A stretch of 32,000 nt of DNA, from NCBI GenBank assembly GCA_963676105.1, contig OY781039.1, forward strand, positions 1,470,001-1,502,000, in the 5' to 3' direction. The stretch is from Erysipelotrichaceae bacterium (GTDB lineage Bacteria; Bacillota_I; Bacilli_A; Erysipelotrichales; Erysipelotrichaceae). Both the position numbers and the translations under genes were made by a program. Below are positions 1 to 8,058 of the stretch, piece after piece; position 1 is the stretch's first letter, and each line of letters opens with the position of its first letter. The notes beneath the pieces are model-generated. The model saw only the letters and a program-made list of their open reading frames with translations, had not been told where the DNA came from and ran no database searches.

Positions 1-23
1 AAGGACCCTAAAATGGGATCCTT
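1..23. terminator. Imperfect stem-loop cut by the window edge; possible terminator downstream of metG and/or of an upstream plus-strand gene
   Basis: AAGGACCC (1-8) pairs with GGG(A)TCCTT (15-23) with one bulged A and a 6-nt loop. Only a short T run follows on the + strand, and the minus-strand downstream tract lies outside the window. Confidence 0.2.
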
Positions 24-73
24 TTGGATGAGTTCATTCATTGCCTTTTCAGATACAGTGATTTGAAAAGTTT

Positions 74-1984
74 TCATCGAATCGTAGAACCTGACTTGCT
101 TTGCGCGAGTGTTAATAGTTCAAGTTCTTTGTCATCTTCAGCGACTAACAACATGCCTTCGGATACAACACCACGAAGTTTAGCTGGTTTTAGGTTAACC
201 ACAATAACCACTTTTTTACCAATTAAATCAGCAGGTTTAAATTTTGGTCTTAAACCCGAAACAATGGTTCTAACTTCAGGCCCAACTTGAACTTTAGAGA
301 CTAAGAGTTTATCGCTATCAGGATGTTCTTCGCACTCTAATACTTCACCTACTCTTAAATCAACTTTCGCAAAATCTTCTATGCCAATTTCATCTTTGGT
401 TTCTAGTTTTTCAGGTTCTGGATTAAGCTTTTCCATAACCTCATTTGGATCTAAACGTGCGAATAAAATCGTAGGTTTCTCTGTAACCTTTACATTCTCT
501 AATGTTCCATATGTTTTTAGCGAATCAAAGTCTCTGTGTTGAGTGTTGATTTGATCAAGAATTGATTTTGAAGTATCCGGTAAATAAGCCCCTAATAAAA
601 CTGCCCCAATTCGAATTGACTCTAGCAAATTATATAAAACATCATTGAGTCTATCTTTTGAATCTTCGTCTTTAGCAAGTTTCCAAGGTTCGGTTTCATC
701 AATATATTTATTACTACGTTTGAATAAATCAAAGATATGATCGATCGCAGCTTGTACACGTAGATGCTCCATCGCATCTTTAACAAGTTTTGGTGTTTCG
801 CTTGCGAGTTTAATTAAAGCTTCATCTAATGGATCCACTTTAACTGCCTTTTTAATGTTTCCACTAAAATACTTATTACTCATAGATAATGTACGGTTAA
901 CTAAATTCCCCATAACATTCGCGAGATCACTATTGATTCTTTCGACCATGATGTCATAAGTTAGTGTTCCATCTTGCGCAAAAGGCATTTCATGAAGCAT
1001 GAGATATCTCACCGCATCAACCCCAAAGAGTTTAACTAAGTCATCTGAATAAATGGTATTTCCTTTAGATTTAGACATCTTCCCTTCGCCAACAAGTAAC
1101 CAAGGATGACCAAAGACTTGCTTAGGAAGTTCAACATCTAAAGCCATTAACATAATTGGCCAATAAATGGTATGGAAACGTAGGATATCTTTACCAATTA
1201 AATGTAAGTTTGCTGGCCAGAAATCTTTGAAGCGTTGTTCGTGATTTCCATCAGCATCATAACCTAGTCCTGTAATATAGTTTGAGAGTGCATCTATCCA
1301 AACATAAACCACATGACCTTCATCAAAAGATACAGGTACACCCCATTTAAAAGATGATCGAGAAACACATAAGTCTTGTAAACCTGGTTTGATAAAATTA
1401 TTGATCATTTCATTTTTACGAGATTCTGGTTGAATAAATTCTGGATGATCTTGAATATGCTTAACTAAACGATCAGCATAATTTGATAGTTTAAAGAAGT
1501 AAGACTCTTCATGGGCTTCATGAACAGGTCCACCACAATCAGGGCAGTTACCATCCTCTAATTGAGCTTCTGTATAAAAGGATTCACAGGCTTTGCAGTA
1601 TAAACCTTTATATACATCTTTATAGATATCACCTTGATCATAGAGTTTCTTAAAGATCTTTTGAATTTGAAGTTCATGATATGGATCAGTTGTACGAATG
1701 AACTTATCATAAGATGTATTCATATCGTCAAATAAGCCTTTAATCACACCAGCGACTTCATCAACAAAGACTTGTGGTGTTTTATTTGCGGCTTTTGCCT
1801 TATCTTCAATCTTTTGACCATGCTCATCAGTTCCCGTCATAAAGAAAACATTGTAACCTTCATTGCGTCTAAAACGTGCAATCGCATCTGCGAGTACAAT
1901 TTCGTAAATGTTTCCAATGTGTGGCTTACCTGAGGTATAAGCAATGGCTGTTGTAATGTAATAGTTGTTTTCTGGTTTTGACAT
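74..1984 (-). CDS. metG: Methionine--tRNA ligase with C-terminal tRNA-binding (Trbp111/EMAP-like) domain
   Basis: 636-aa ORF. It has a class I aaRS HIGH-type motif (GKPHIGN), a verbatim KMSKS motif, and a Cys knuckle CKACESF..CPDCGG. The C-terminal ~100 aa (DLRVGEV...VVNLKPAKLRGVVSEGMLL) is typical of the appended tRNA-binding domain. SD AGGAG lies 8 nt upstream and a T-box leader precedes it. Confidence 0.97.
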   Translation of the reverse strand: MSKPENNYYITTAIAYTSGKPHIGNIYEIVLADAIARFRRNEGYNVFFMTGTDEHGQKIEDKAKAANKTPQVFVDEVAGVIKGLFDDMNTSYDKFIRTTDPYHELQIQKIFKKLYDQGDIYKDVYKGLYCKACESFYTEAQLEDGNCPDCGGPVHEAHEESYFFKLSNYADRLVKHIQDHPEFIQPESRKNEMINNFIKPGLQDLCVSRSSFKWGVPVSFDEGHVVYVWIDALSNYITGLGYDADGNHEQRFKDFWPANLHLIGKDILRFHTIYWPIMLMALDVELPKQVFGHPWLLVGEGKMSKSKGNTIYSDDLVKLFGVDAVRYLMLHEMPFAQDGTLTYDIMVERINSDLANVMGNLVNRTLSMSNKYFSGNIKKAVKVDPLDEALIKLASETPKLVKDAMEHLRVQAAIDHIFDLFKRSNKYIDETEPWKLAKDEDSKDRLNDVLYNLLESIRIGAVLLGAYLPDTSKSILDQINTQHRDFDSLKTYGTLENVKVTEKPTILFARLDPNEVMEKLNPEPEKLETKDEIGIEDFAKVDLRVGEVLECEEHPDSDKLLVSKVQVGPEVRTIVSGLRPKFKPADLIGKKVVIVVNLKPAKLRGVVSEGMLLVAEDDKELELLTLAQSKSGSTIR

Positions 1985-1997
1985 AAGTTTATCTCCT

Positions 1998-2029
1998 ACA
2001 AAAATAAAAGCGCCCCTCTAAGGACGCTT
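1998..2029 (-). terminator. T-box leader intrinsic terminator (attenuator) upstream of metG
   Basis: Minus strand reads AAGCGTCC-TTAGAG-GGGCGCTT followed by TTATTTTTGT. This is an 8-bp stem with one G-U pair. Its 5' arm directly abuts the T-box motif, as expected for terminator/antiterminator competition. Confidence 0.8.
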
Positions 2030-2207
2030 GTGCGTGGTACCACCTTAGTTCAGTCAAATGACTGCACTCTTTTCTGCCGTATCGTGACAGTCACGTGCGA
2101 ATATAGGTCTAGCGCATATTCATTCCATATCCTAACGTAAACTTTCAGCCTTTGTTTACTCTCTAGTGATAAGACATTTGGAATTACTCCATCTAAACTT
2201 CGCTTGT
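1998..2207 (-). promoter_or_regulatory. T-box riboswitch leader (tRNA-Met sensing) of metG
   Basis: Minus strand 2050..2031 reads AACTAAGGTGGTACCACGCA, matching the conserved T-box core GGTGGTACCGCG. An upstream AGAGAGAGTA segment fits Stem I GA/AG-box elements. Three AUG triplets lie at 2128-2126, 2123-2121 and 2117-2115, where the specifier loop is expected. A terminator follows immediately. Confidence 0.85.
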
Positions 2208-2213
2208 GTTCCT

Positions 2214-2243
2214 ATTATATGTTGAAACTTCTTTCCAATTCAA
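2214..2243 (-). promoter_or_regulatory. Sigma-A type promoter for the metG T-box leader
   Basis: Minus strand has TTGAAT (2243..2238), an 18-nt spacer, then TATAAT (2219..2214). Confidence 0.55.
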
Positions 2244-2272
2244 CTCAAAAAACTTTCTTTTTATTTTTTTAG

Positions 2273-2281
2273 TGTTATTAT
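2273..2281 (+). promoter_or_regulatory. Extended -10 promoter for the YczE-like gene pair
   Basis: TGtTATTAT at 2273-2281, about 11 nt before the SD GGAGGA (2292-2297). The -35 is weak. Confidence 0.4.
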
Positions 2282-2302
2282 TATTTGGCTTGGAGGACTT
2301 TT

Positions 2303-2944
2303 ATGAATCTTATCAAACGCTCAATCTTTGTATTATTTGGAGTTATCTTTGTATCATTTGGTGCAAGTTTAACCTTAAAAGCTGCAGTCGGAGTTGGTGC
2401 TTGGGATGCAGTATCTCAATCAGTTTCGCTATTAACGGGTATTAAAGTTGGTACTTTTGCGATGTTTCTAAATGGCTCATGTGTTATAGGTCAGCTTATT
2501 ATTTTACATAAAAATTTTAATGTTTCTAGAATCTTACAAATCGGTGTTGCGATTCTATTAGGCGTATTTGTGAATTACTTCTATTATGATTTATTTGGTT
2601 CAATTGTTTTAGATACCTATTGGATACGCATGCTTACCTTTATCTTAGCGATTGTCATCCTATCATTCGCAGTTGCGGCTGTCATGGTCATTGATGTGGT
2701 CACATTTCCACTAGAAGCGCTATGCATGGTTATTGCGAAAAAAACAGGATGGAACTTCAGTAAATTTAGACAATATGTCGACGTTGGCTCAATCATTTTC
2801 TCATTAGGAATCACATTCCTATTTGCGCAACCACTCGTAGTTCGTGAAGGAACCGTAATTGGAATGTTGTTGTTTGGACCACTCCTCGGCTTCTTCATGC
2901 ATCGTTTAGAACCAACGCTAAAACGCTTAAATCTTGCGAAATAA
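2303..2944 (+). CDS. Polytopic membrane protein, YczE-like (COG2364/DUF6198-type, tentative family call), paralog 1
   Basis: ATG at 2303 lies 5 nt after GGAGGA, so the track start at 2285 (TTG) is probably an artefact. The protein has about 6 hydrophobic segments and an N-terminal motif SLTLKAAVGVGAWDAVSQ. It shares blocks with the next ORF (QLIILHKNFN, PLEAL, REGT, FGPLLG). Confidence 0.85.
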   Translation: MNLIKRSIFVLFGVIFVSFGASLTLKAAVGVGAWDAVSQSVSLLTGIKVGTFAMFLNGSCVIGQLIILHKNFNVSRILQIGVAILLGVFVNYFYYDLFGSIVLDTYWIRMLTFILAIVILSFAVAAVMVIDVVTFPLEALCMVIAKKTGWNFSKFRQYVDVGSIIFSLGITFLFAQPLVVREGTVIGMLLFGPLLGFFMHRLEPTLKRLNLAK

Positions 2945-3010
2945 AGAGGATTATTAATTACAGTTCATTTAATAGTATGATGTAACTATAAAAATGGAGG
3001 TAAATATAAA

Positions 3011-3646
3011 ATGCTAAAACGTTATTTTGTGTTTATCTTCGGAATTATTTCGATATCGTTAGGGATTAGTTTAACAATTAAAGCAGCAATTGGTGTTGGG
3101 GCTTGGGGAGCAATTTCTCAAAGCACTTCATTATTAACAAATATAAAAGTCGGAACTGTAACATTTATTTTAAGTTCTACTTGTGTTCTTTTACAGCTAA
3201 TTATTTTACATAAAAATTTTAACTATTCTCGGTTTTTACAAATTCTTGTCTCTATTTCTTTTGGAATATTCACTAACTTTTTTTATTACGAATTACTTGG
3301 AAAGATATTACTAAACTCGTACTGGATGCAAGTATTAGTTTTTGTGATTGGCGTTACAATTATTGCGTTGGCGATTGCGATAGTTATGATAATCAATATT
3401 GTAACCATTCCACTTGAAGCTTTAGTGATGGTCATCAGCCAAAAAATTAGATGGGATTTTTCTAAATTAAGACAAGTTGTAGATATTCTGTTTATAATCT
3501 ATTCATTGATTATCACTTTTGTGTTTAATCAGCCTCTTATCATTCGCGAAGGCACGATAATTAGTATGTTGATTTTTGGACCATTATTAGGTTTATTTAT
3601 CAATAAATTAACACCCATGTTTGAAAGACATCAACTTACAAAATAA
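3011..3646 (+). CDS. Polytopic membrane protein, YczE-like, paralog 2 (tandem duplicate)
   Basis: 211-aa ORF with SD GGAGG 10 nt upstream. It is colinear with paralog 1 over the full length, and some identical DNA runs are retained (for example ttattttacataaaaatttta in both copies). Confidence 0.85.
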   Translation: MLKRYFVFIFGIISISLGISLTIKAAIGVGAWGAISQSTSLLTNIKVGTVTFILSSTCVLLQLIILHKNFNYSRFLQILVSISFGIFTNFFYYELLGKILLNSYWMQVLVFVIGVTIIALAIAIVMIINIVTIPLEALVMVISQKIRWDFSKLRQVVDILFIIYSLIITFVFNQPLIIREGTIISMLIFGPLLGLFINKLTPMFERHQLTK

Positions 3647-3669
3647 AGAACCCTACGAGGGTTCTTTTT
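3647..3669. terminator. Bidirectional intrinsic terminator between the convergent YczE-like paralog 2 and rsmI
   Basis: AGAACCC-TACGA-GGGTTCT followed by TTTT on the + strand. On the minus strand the same stem is followed by TTATTTT. The rsmI stop codon lies in the loop. Confidence 0.75.
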
Positions 3670-4510
3670 GATGATAATGTTGGTAAATCTCGTTTTTAGA
3701 TAAACCAGTTTGTTTAGAAATCTCTTTGATAGCTTCAGAAGCACTAATGCCTTGATTAATTCTATTTTGAATTAAAGCATTTACTTCAGACAAATCAATA
3801 TCTGCTGCTCGAACTGTTTCATGACCTTCTAAGATTAAAACCATTTCACCTTTAAGTTCATCAACGACTTCGATTAACTCTGTTAATGTTCCACGAATGA
3901 ATTCTTCATGTAGTTTGGTTAATTCTCGTGCTAGTACAGCTTGGCGATTTCCAAATATAGATTCTAACTTTTGAAGCGTTTTCTTCATACGGTGTGGCGC
4001 TTCATAAATAATTAAAGTACTCGCATATGATTTCAGTTGTTCGCACTCAAGTCTAAATGCTTTGTCTTGCGTTGGTAGAAAACCTACAAAGGTATATGGT
4101 TGTACCTTTAGACCAGAAGCCACTAAAGCAGCTAGTCCTGCATTATTAATCCCTACCGGAATGACATTAAAGCCAGCTTGTAGCACAGCTTGAACCAGTA
4201 CTAAACCTGGATCACTAATAAGTGGCATTCCTGCATCAGAGACTAAGGCAACATTTTGACCACTGCTTAATAATTTCAAAATACCCTCAGCACTATTTTT
4301 CTCGTTGTGCATGTGATGGGCGATACATTTAGTTGAAATATTAAAATGATTTAAAAGTTTTTGAGTTGTTCGCGTATCTTCCGCCGCAATCACTGAAACT
4401 GACTTTAGGGTTTCCACACAACGTGGTGAAAACTCATCTAAGTTACCAATAGGTGTTGTGACTAGATAGAGCGATACTAAATCATTTTTGAAGCTTTTTT
4501 GGCGTTTCAT
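3653..4510 (-). CDS. rsmI: 16S rRNA (cytidine1402-2'-O)-methyltransferase
   Basis: 285 aa. The N-terminus LYLVTTPIGNLDEFSPRCVETLKSVSVIAAEDTRTTQKLLNHF is the RsmI/YabC signature of the tetrapyrrole-methylase fold. The gene follows ricT and holB as in Bacillus. Confidence 0.93.
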   Translation of the reverse strand: MKRQKSFKNDLVSLYLVTTPIGNLDEFSPRCVETLKSVSVIAAEDTRTTQKLLNHFNISTKCIAHHMHNEKNSAEGILKLLSSGQNVALVSDAGMPLISDPGLVLVQAVLQAGFNVIPVGINNAGLAALVASGLKVQPYTFVGFLPTQDKAFRLECEQLKSYASTLIIYEAPHRMKKTLQKLESIFGNRQAVLARELTKLHEEFIRGTLTELIEVVDELKGEMVLILEGHETVRAADIDLSEVNALIQNRINQGISASEAIKEISKQTGLSKNEIYQHYHQKEPS

Positions 4511-5345
4511 TGTTTTTCACTTCTTTTTTATAATCTTTAAACGCTTCATCAAAAGGTAAGAAATGAACTTCATCTCTATTTTCAAGTTTTGCTTGTCGAG
4601 AAAGTACATTTAAACCCGTGACTCTAAAGCGATTTCCATTATAGTTGATTTGTGAGCCCATTTTAGGACAGCCTTTTTTCAACTCTTTATAGTCTTCATT
4701 TTCATATTTTAAACAACACATTAACTTTCCACATTGACCAGAAAGTTTAGGAATATTTAAAGCTAATAATTGATTCTTAGCCATATTAATACTAATGACG
4801 TCGAAACTATTTAAAAACTTACTACAACAGGTTTCTCGTCCACATTGACCAATTCCACCCACCATCTTGGCTTTATCACGTGGTCCAATTTGTCTTAATT
4901 CAATTCGTGTATGTAATGCTGAAGCTAGTTCTTTTACCAATTCTCTAAAATCAACACGTTCATCTGATACATAGATAATCACAATCTTTGAACGATCTAA
5001 AGTATAATCTGCACTGATTAATTTCATATCGAGTTTTAGTTTTAAAACTAAACCTGCACAAACTTTTAAGGCTTCAATCGCATCTTCTTGATTCTTATCA
5101 AATGAATCAAGATCATAATGTGATGCTTGTCTAACAATGGGTTTTAAATCTGAAAAAGATTTTTCCTCTTCAAAATTCTTCGCATCACTTACGACATAAC
5201 CCAGTTCAATGCCGCGGGCTGTTTCTACCACAACTGCTTCATCGACTTTAAAATCTTTGGAATTTGATCCAAAGGTATAAGCTTTATGATTACCTGCAAA
5301 TTTTACAGAGTAGAGATATTGATAAGCATTTGAGTGCTCACTCAT
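4482..5345 (-). CDS. ricT: PSP1-domain protein RicT/YaaT
   Basis: 287 aa. Two Cys clusters are present, GQCGRETCC and GQCGKLMCCLKYE, typical of the PSP1/YaaT Fe-S ligand region. The holB-yaaT-rsmI order is conserved. Confidence 0.9.
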   Translation of the reverse strand: MSEHSNAYQYLYSVKFAGNHKAYTFGSNSKDFKVDEAVVVETARGIELGYVVSDAKNFEEEKSFSDLKPIVRQASHYDLDSFDKNQEDAIEALKVCAGLVLKLKLDMKLISADYTLDRSKIVIIYVSDERVDFRELVKELASALHTRIELRQIGPRDKAKMVGGIGQCGRETCCSKFLNSFDVISINMAKNQLLALNIPKLSGQCGKLMCCLKYENEDYKELKKGCPKMGSQINYNGNRFRVTGLNVLSRQAKLENRDEVHFLPFDEAFKDYKKEVKNNETPKKLQK

Positions 5346-6325
5346 GCTTTATCCTCCTTTAATTTATATATCAATGCGTCAATGACTAAAGACAAATTCG
5401 CATTGCTTGTAATCTTGTGTACACTATCATTAAAAAGCGTAAAGGCTTTTAAGGTATCCAAAGATTTCGGCAATTGTTCAACTCTTTTTTTCCAAACTTG
5501 TGAATTTGGTTCATAGTGAAACAATACGTCCTTAAAAAACATCATACCGATGTTTAAAAAGAGTGTCAAACGTGCACGATCGTGTGCAGGCGTCGATTTT
5601 TTCTTTAAGATATGACTTTGCACAAATAACTCACCTAAAGTTGTTGAACGAGAGTACTCATCTATAAACGAACCAAAGAGATTAATATTATGTCTGGTCT
5701 CATCATCATTGAATAAAGCCATCATTTCTTCTTTATCATTTACAAGCTGAGAAATAAGATTAGCTTCATATGCATCGATGTTTATCTTTGGAAGTTCTTT
5801 TAATAAATCTTGTCGATTCTGTGCTTTGAAATTCAAAACCTGGCAACGTGAAATAATGGTATCTAAAAGTCTTTCTGGATGATGACTAATTAATATTGCA
5901 TATGTTGAATCACCACTAGGTTCTTCTAAAAATTTCAATAAGCTATTTAGTGCACCGGCAGATGCATTATCAACTTCATTTAAGATATAAAATTTCTTAC
6001 CTGTTTTTTCTAAAGCTGTTTTCGCAAACTGTTCTTGTAATTTTAGAATGTCTTCTTTTTTAATGGATGTTTTTGTGCCATCTAAAATAATTAAATCATT
6101 AAATGTTTCTTCTTCAATACGACGACATAGATCACATTCTTCACACGCATATGGATTGGCATGTTCACACATTTGATTTTTAACCATCCATTTTGCTGTT
6201 TGAAGCATGTGAGATCCACGTGGCCCCACGAAAAGATACGCATGGGTTGAATGCTCAGCATTTAATGCGTTTTCTAAAACTCGAGAGACAATTGGTTGAT
6301 GCTCTTCAAGATAAGTATTAAACAT
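5342..6325 (-). CDS. holB: DNA polymerase III subunit delta'
   Basis: 327 aa. AAA+ clamp-loader features are [12 protein letters not shown], the Zn module [18 protein letters not shown] and the SRC motif ISRCQVL. It shows 4-nt and 8-nt overlaps with its neighbours. Confidence 0.92.
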   Translation of the reverse strand: MFNTYLEEHQPIVSRVLENALNAEHSTHAYLFVGPRGSHMLQTAKWMVKNQMCEHANPYACEECDLCRRIEEETFNDLIILDGTKTSIKKEDILKLQEQFAKTALEKTGKKFYILNEVDNASAGALNSLLKFLEEPSGDSTYAILISHHPERLLDTIISRCQVLNFKAQNRQDLLKELPKINIDAYEANLISQLVNDKEEMMALFNDDETRHNINLFGSFIDEYSRSTTLGELFVQSHILKKKSTPAHDRARLTLFLNIGMMFFKDVLFHYEPNSQVWKKRVEQLPKSLDTLKAFTLFNDSVHKITSNANLSLVIDALIYKLKEDKA

Positions 6326-6950
6326 CTTTGTTTACCTTATCTAAAATGATATTCAATGCATTTTCTCTAACTTCATCTAAACTTTGTGATGCATCTACTT
6401 TCACAATACGTTCTTTAAACATCTCATTTACAATCGCGTAGCCTTCAACCACTTTGTTGTGAAAAGAAATATCTTCTTGGTCTAAACGATCTAAGAAGTT
6501 ACGATTCTTGATTCGTTTTAAGCCAGCTTCTGCATCAATATCAAAATAAAGGGTTAGATCTGGAAATAAACCTTCAATCGCAAATTCATTAATCTTTAAA
6601 ACTTCTTCAATGCCAATATTTCGCGCATAACCTTGATAGGCTAAAGAAGAATCAACAAAACGATCACAGATAACAACTTTGTTTTCAGTAAGAGCTGGTC
6701 GCACTCTTTCAATTAAGTGCTGACGTCTTGAAGCTGCATAAAGAAGTGCCTCAGTACGCACATCCATTTTTGTATTTTTAGGATCAAGAATAACTTGTCT
6801 GATTTCTTCAGCAATTTCAATGCCCCCAGGTTCACGTGTATGAACCACATCGAAGCCTCTTAAAAGTAATTCTTTAACCACATAAGATGAAACACTTGTT
6901 TTCCCAGACCCTTCTGGACCCTCAAGTGTGATAAATAGTCCTTTTTTCAT
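6318..6950 (-). CDS. tmk: Thymidylate kinase
   Basis: 210 aa with P-loop [20 protein letters not shown] and a LID-region RxxxR. Confidence 0.95.
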   Translation of the reverse strand: MKKGLFITLEGPEGSGKTSVSSYVVKELLLRGFDVVHTREPGGIEIAEEIRQVILDPKNTKMDVRTEALLYAASRRQHLIERVRPALTENKVVICDRFVDSSLAYQGYARNIGIEEVLKINEFAIEGLFPDLTLYFDIDAEAGLKRIKNRNFLDRLDQEDISFHNKVVEGYAIVNEMFKERIVKVDASQSLDEVRENALNIILDKVNKDV

Positions 6951-6958
6951 GTGCCTCT

Positions 6959-6964
6959 ATTATA
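6959..6964 (-). promoter_or_regulatory. -10 box (TATAAT) 8 nt upstream of the tmk ATG
   Basis: Minus strand reads TATAAT-AGAGGCAC-ATG. No convincing -35 is present. AGAGG could alternatively be an SD if transcription starts further upstream. Confidence 0.35.
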
Positions 6965-7005
6965 CCTTATCAAGACATCTTTTAGACTTTCATTTTAGAA
7001 AGCTG

Positions 7006-7014
7006 TGCTATACT
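7006..7014 (+). promoter_or_regulatory. Extended -10 promoter abutting the nudF start (leaderless geometry)
   Basis: TGcTATACT at 7006-7014, then 6 nt (TTTTTC), then ATG at 7021. There is no SD between them. Confidence 0.5.
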
Positions 7015-7020
7015 TTTTTC

Positions 7021-7560
7021 ATGAAATTAACGGAAAAGACACTCTCTTCAGAAATTAAATTTGAAGGTCGAATTGTAAAACTTGTACATGACAAAATTGA
7101 ATTACCTGATGGCCGTGAATCCATGCGTGAAGTCGTCAAACATCCAGGTGGAGTTTGTATTGCCTGTGAGAAAGAAGATGGTGAACTCATTCTTGTTCAA
7201 CAGTTTAGATACCCATTTAAAGAAGAAATCATCGAATTCCCTGCAGGGAAACTAGAACCTGGTGAAGATCCTTTAGAGGCAGCTTTAAGAGAACTTGAAG
7301 AAGAAGTTGGATATAAAGCAGATGAGGTTATCCCTTTAGGAAAGTTTTATCCATCAGTTGGTTATTTAACTGAAATCATTTATTTATACTATGTCCCCAA
7401 AGCTCATTATGTTGGCCAACATTTAGATGATCAAGAATTTCTAAATGTCTTATCCTATCCTTTAAGTCACTTAAACGACTTAATTCAAAACGATATTATT
7501 AATGATGGTAAAACCATCGCTTTGGTTCATAAGCTTGAAAAGTATAAGGAGTCATTATGA
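7021..7560 (+). CDS. nudF: ADP-ribose pyrophosphatase (Nudix hydrolase)
   Basis: Nudix box [23 protein letters not shown]. The N-terminus [21 protein letters not shown]...VKHPGGV is colinear with Bacillus NudF. The track start at 6928 (GTG inside tmk on the opposite strand) is rejected. Confidence 0.85.
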   Translation: MKLTEKTLSSEIKFEGRIVKLVHDKIELPDGRESMREVVKHPGGVCIACEKEDGELILVQQFRYPFKEEIIEFPAGKLEPGEDPLEAALRELEEEVGYKADEVIPLGKFYPSVGYLTEIIYLYYVPKAHYVGQHLDDQEFLNVLSYPLSHLNDLIQNDIINDGKTIALVHKLEKYKESL

Positions 7561-8036
7561 TTCGTTTAGCTACAAAAGATGATTATCAAAGAATATTAGA
7601 AATTACCAACCAAGTTATTCTAAGTTCTAACGCGATCTATCGTGAAGAACCTCATACGATGAAAACACGAAAAGAATGGTTTGAACACCATTCCCCAATC
7701 TTTGTTTATGAATTAGAAAATAAAGTAGTAGGTTTTGCGACTTTTGGACCCTTTAGAGAAAACAATGGCTATCGCTATAGTGTGGAGCATTCCATTCATG
7801 TAGATGAAACATGTCGTAATCAAGGTATAGGTACAAAACTCCTAAAGCATTTAGTTGACTACTTAAAAACAACAGACTATCGCCTATGTATCGGTGTCAT
7901 TGATAACGAAAACAAACACAGTCTATATGTTCATGAAAAACTTGGGTTTGTGAATGAAGGTGTGATTCACAATGTTGCGATAAAACATGGTCAATGGTTG
8001 AATGTCTGTTTTATGAGTTTAGACTTAAAAAAATAA
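7557..8036 (+). CDS. GNAT N-acetyltransferase, phosphinothricin/methionine-sulfoximine acetyltransferase-like (YwnH/PAT family)
   Basis: 159 aa. The pattern [43 protein letters not shown] matches the PAT-family acetyl-CoA site (R/Q-x-x-G-x-G). An ATGA overlap joins it to nudF. Confidence 0.8.
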   Translation: MIRLATKDDYQRILEITNQVILSSNAIYREEPHTMKTRKEWFEHHSPIFVYELENKVVGFATFGPFRENNGYRYSVEHSIHVDETCRNQGIGTKLLKHLVDYLKTTDYRLCIGVIDNENKHSLYVHEKLGFVNEGVIHNVAIKHGQWLNVCFMSLDLKK

Positions 8037-8058
8037 ACTGCAATTTCTTGCAGTTTTT
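8036..8058. terminator. Bidirectional intrinsic terminator between convergent operons
   Basis: AACTGCAA-TTTC-TTGCAGTT followed by TTTAT on the + strand, with an A-run upstream that gives a T-run on the minus strand. It overlaps both stop codons. Confidence 0.8.

Noticed and set aside
24-290. 88-aa plus-strand ORF overlapping the metG 3' end. The same class of ORFs occurs at 2206-2445, 2617-2898, 5334-5516, 7008-7190, 8172-8405, 11627-11854, 11945-12145, 12421-12642, 13341-13613, 14310-14570, 15512-15865, 16722-16943, 17903-18094, 19974-20219, 29811-30008 and 31637-31831.
   Set aside because: All lie antisense to, or out of frame within, long ORFs that carry unmistakable conserved motifs. Their products are low-complexity or Ser/Leu/Ile-rich, they lack SD sequences, and they show no recognisable motifs. 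These are typical shadow ORFs in AT-rich DNA.
2285-2302. Upstream alternative starts proposed by the ORF track. Affected genes are the YczE-like gene (2285), nudF (6928), the binding protein (15346), rnpA (24735), dnaA (25351) and gyrB (29375).
   Set aside because: In each case an internal ATG is preceded by a good SD (nudF is the exception and appears leaderless) and restores the canonical family N-terminus or signal peptide. The extensions overlap neighbouring genes, DnaA boxes or terminator hairpins.
7021-8036. nudF/GNAT pair considered as a GNAT-type toxin-antitoxin or defence module.
   Set aside because: The GNAT is PAT/YwnH-like rather than TacT/AtaT-like. The partner is a full-length Nudix enzyme, not a small RHH/HTH antitoxin, and there is no mobile-element context.
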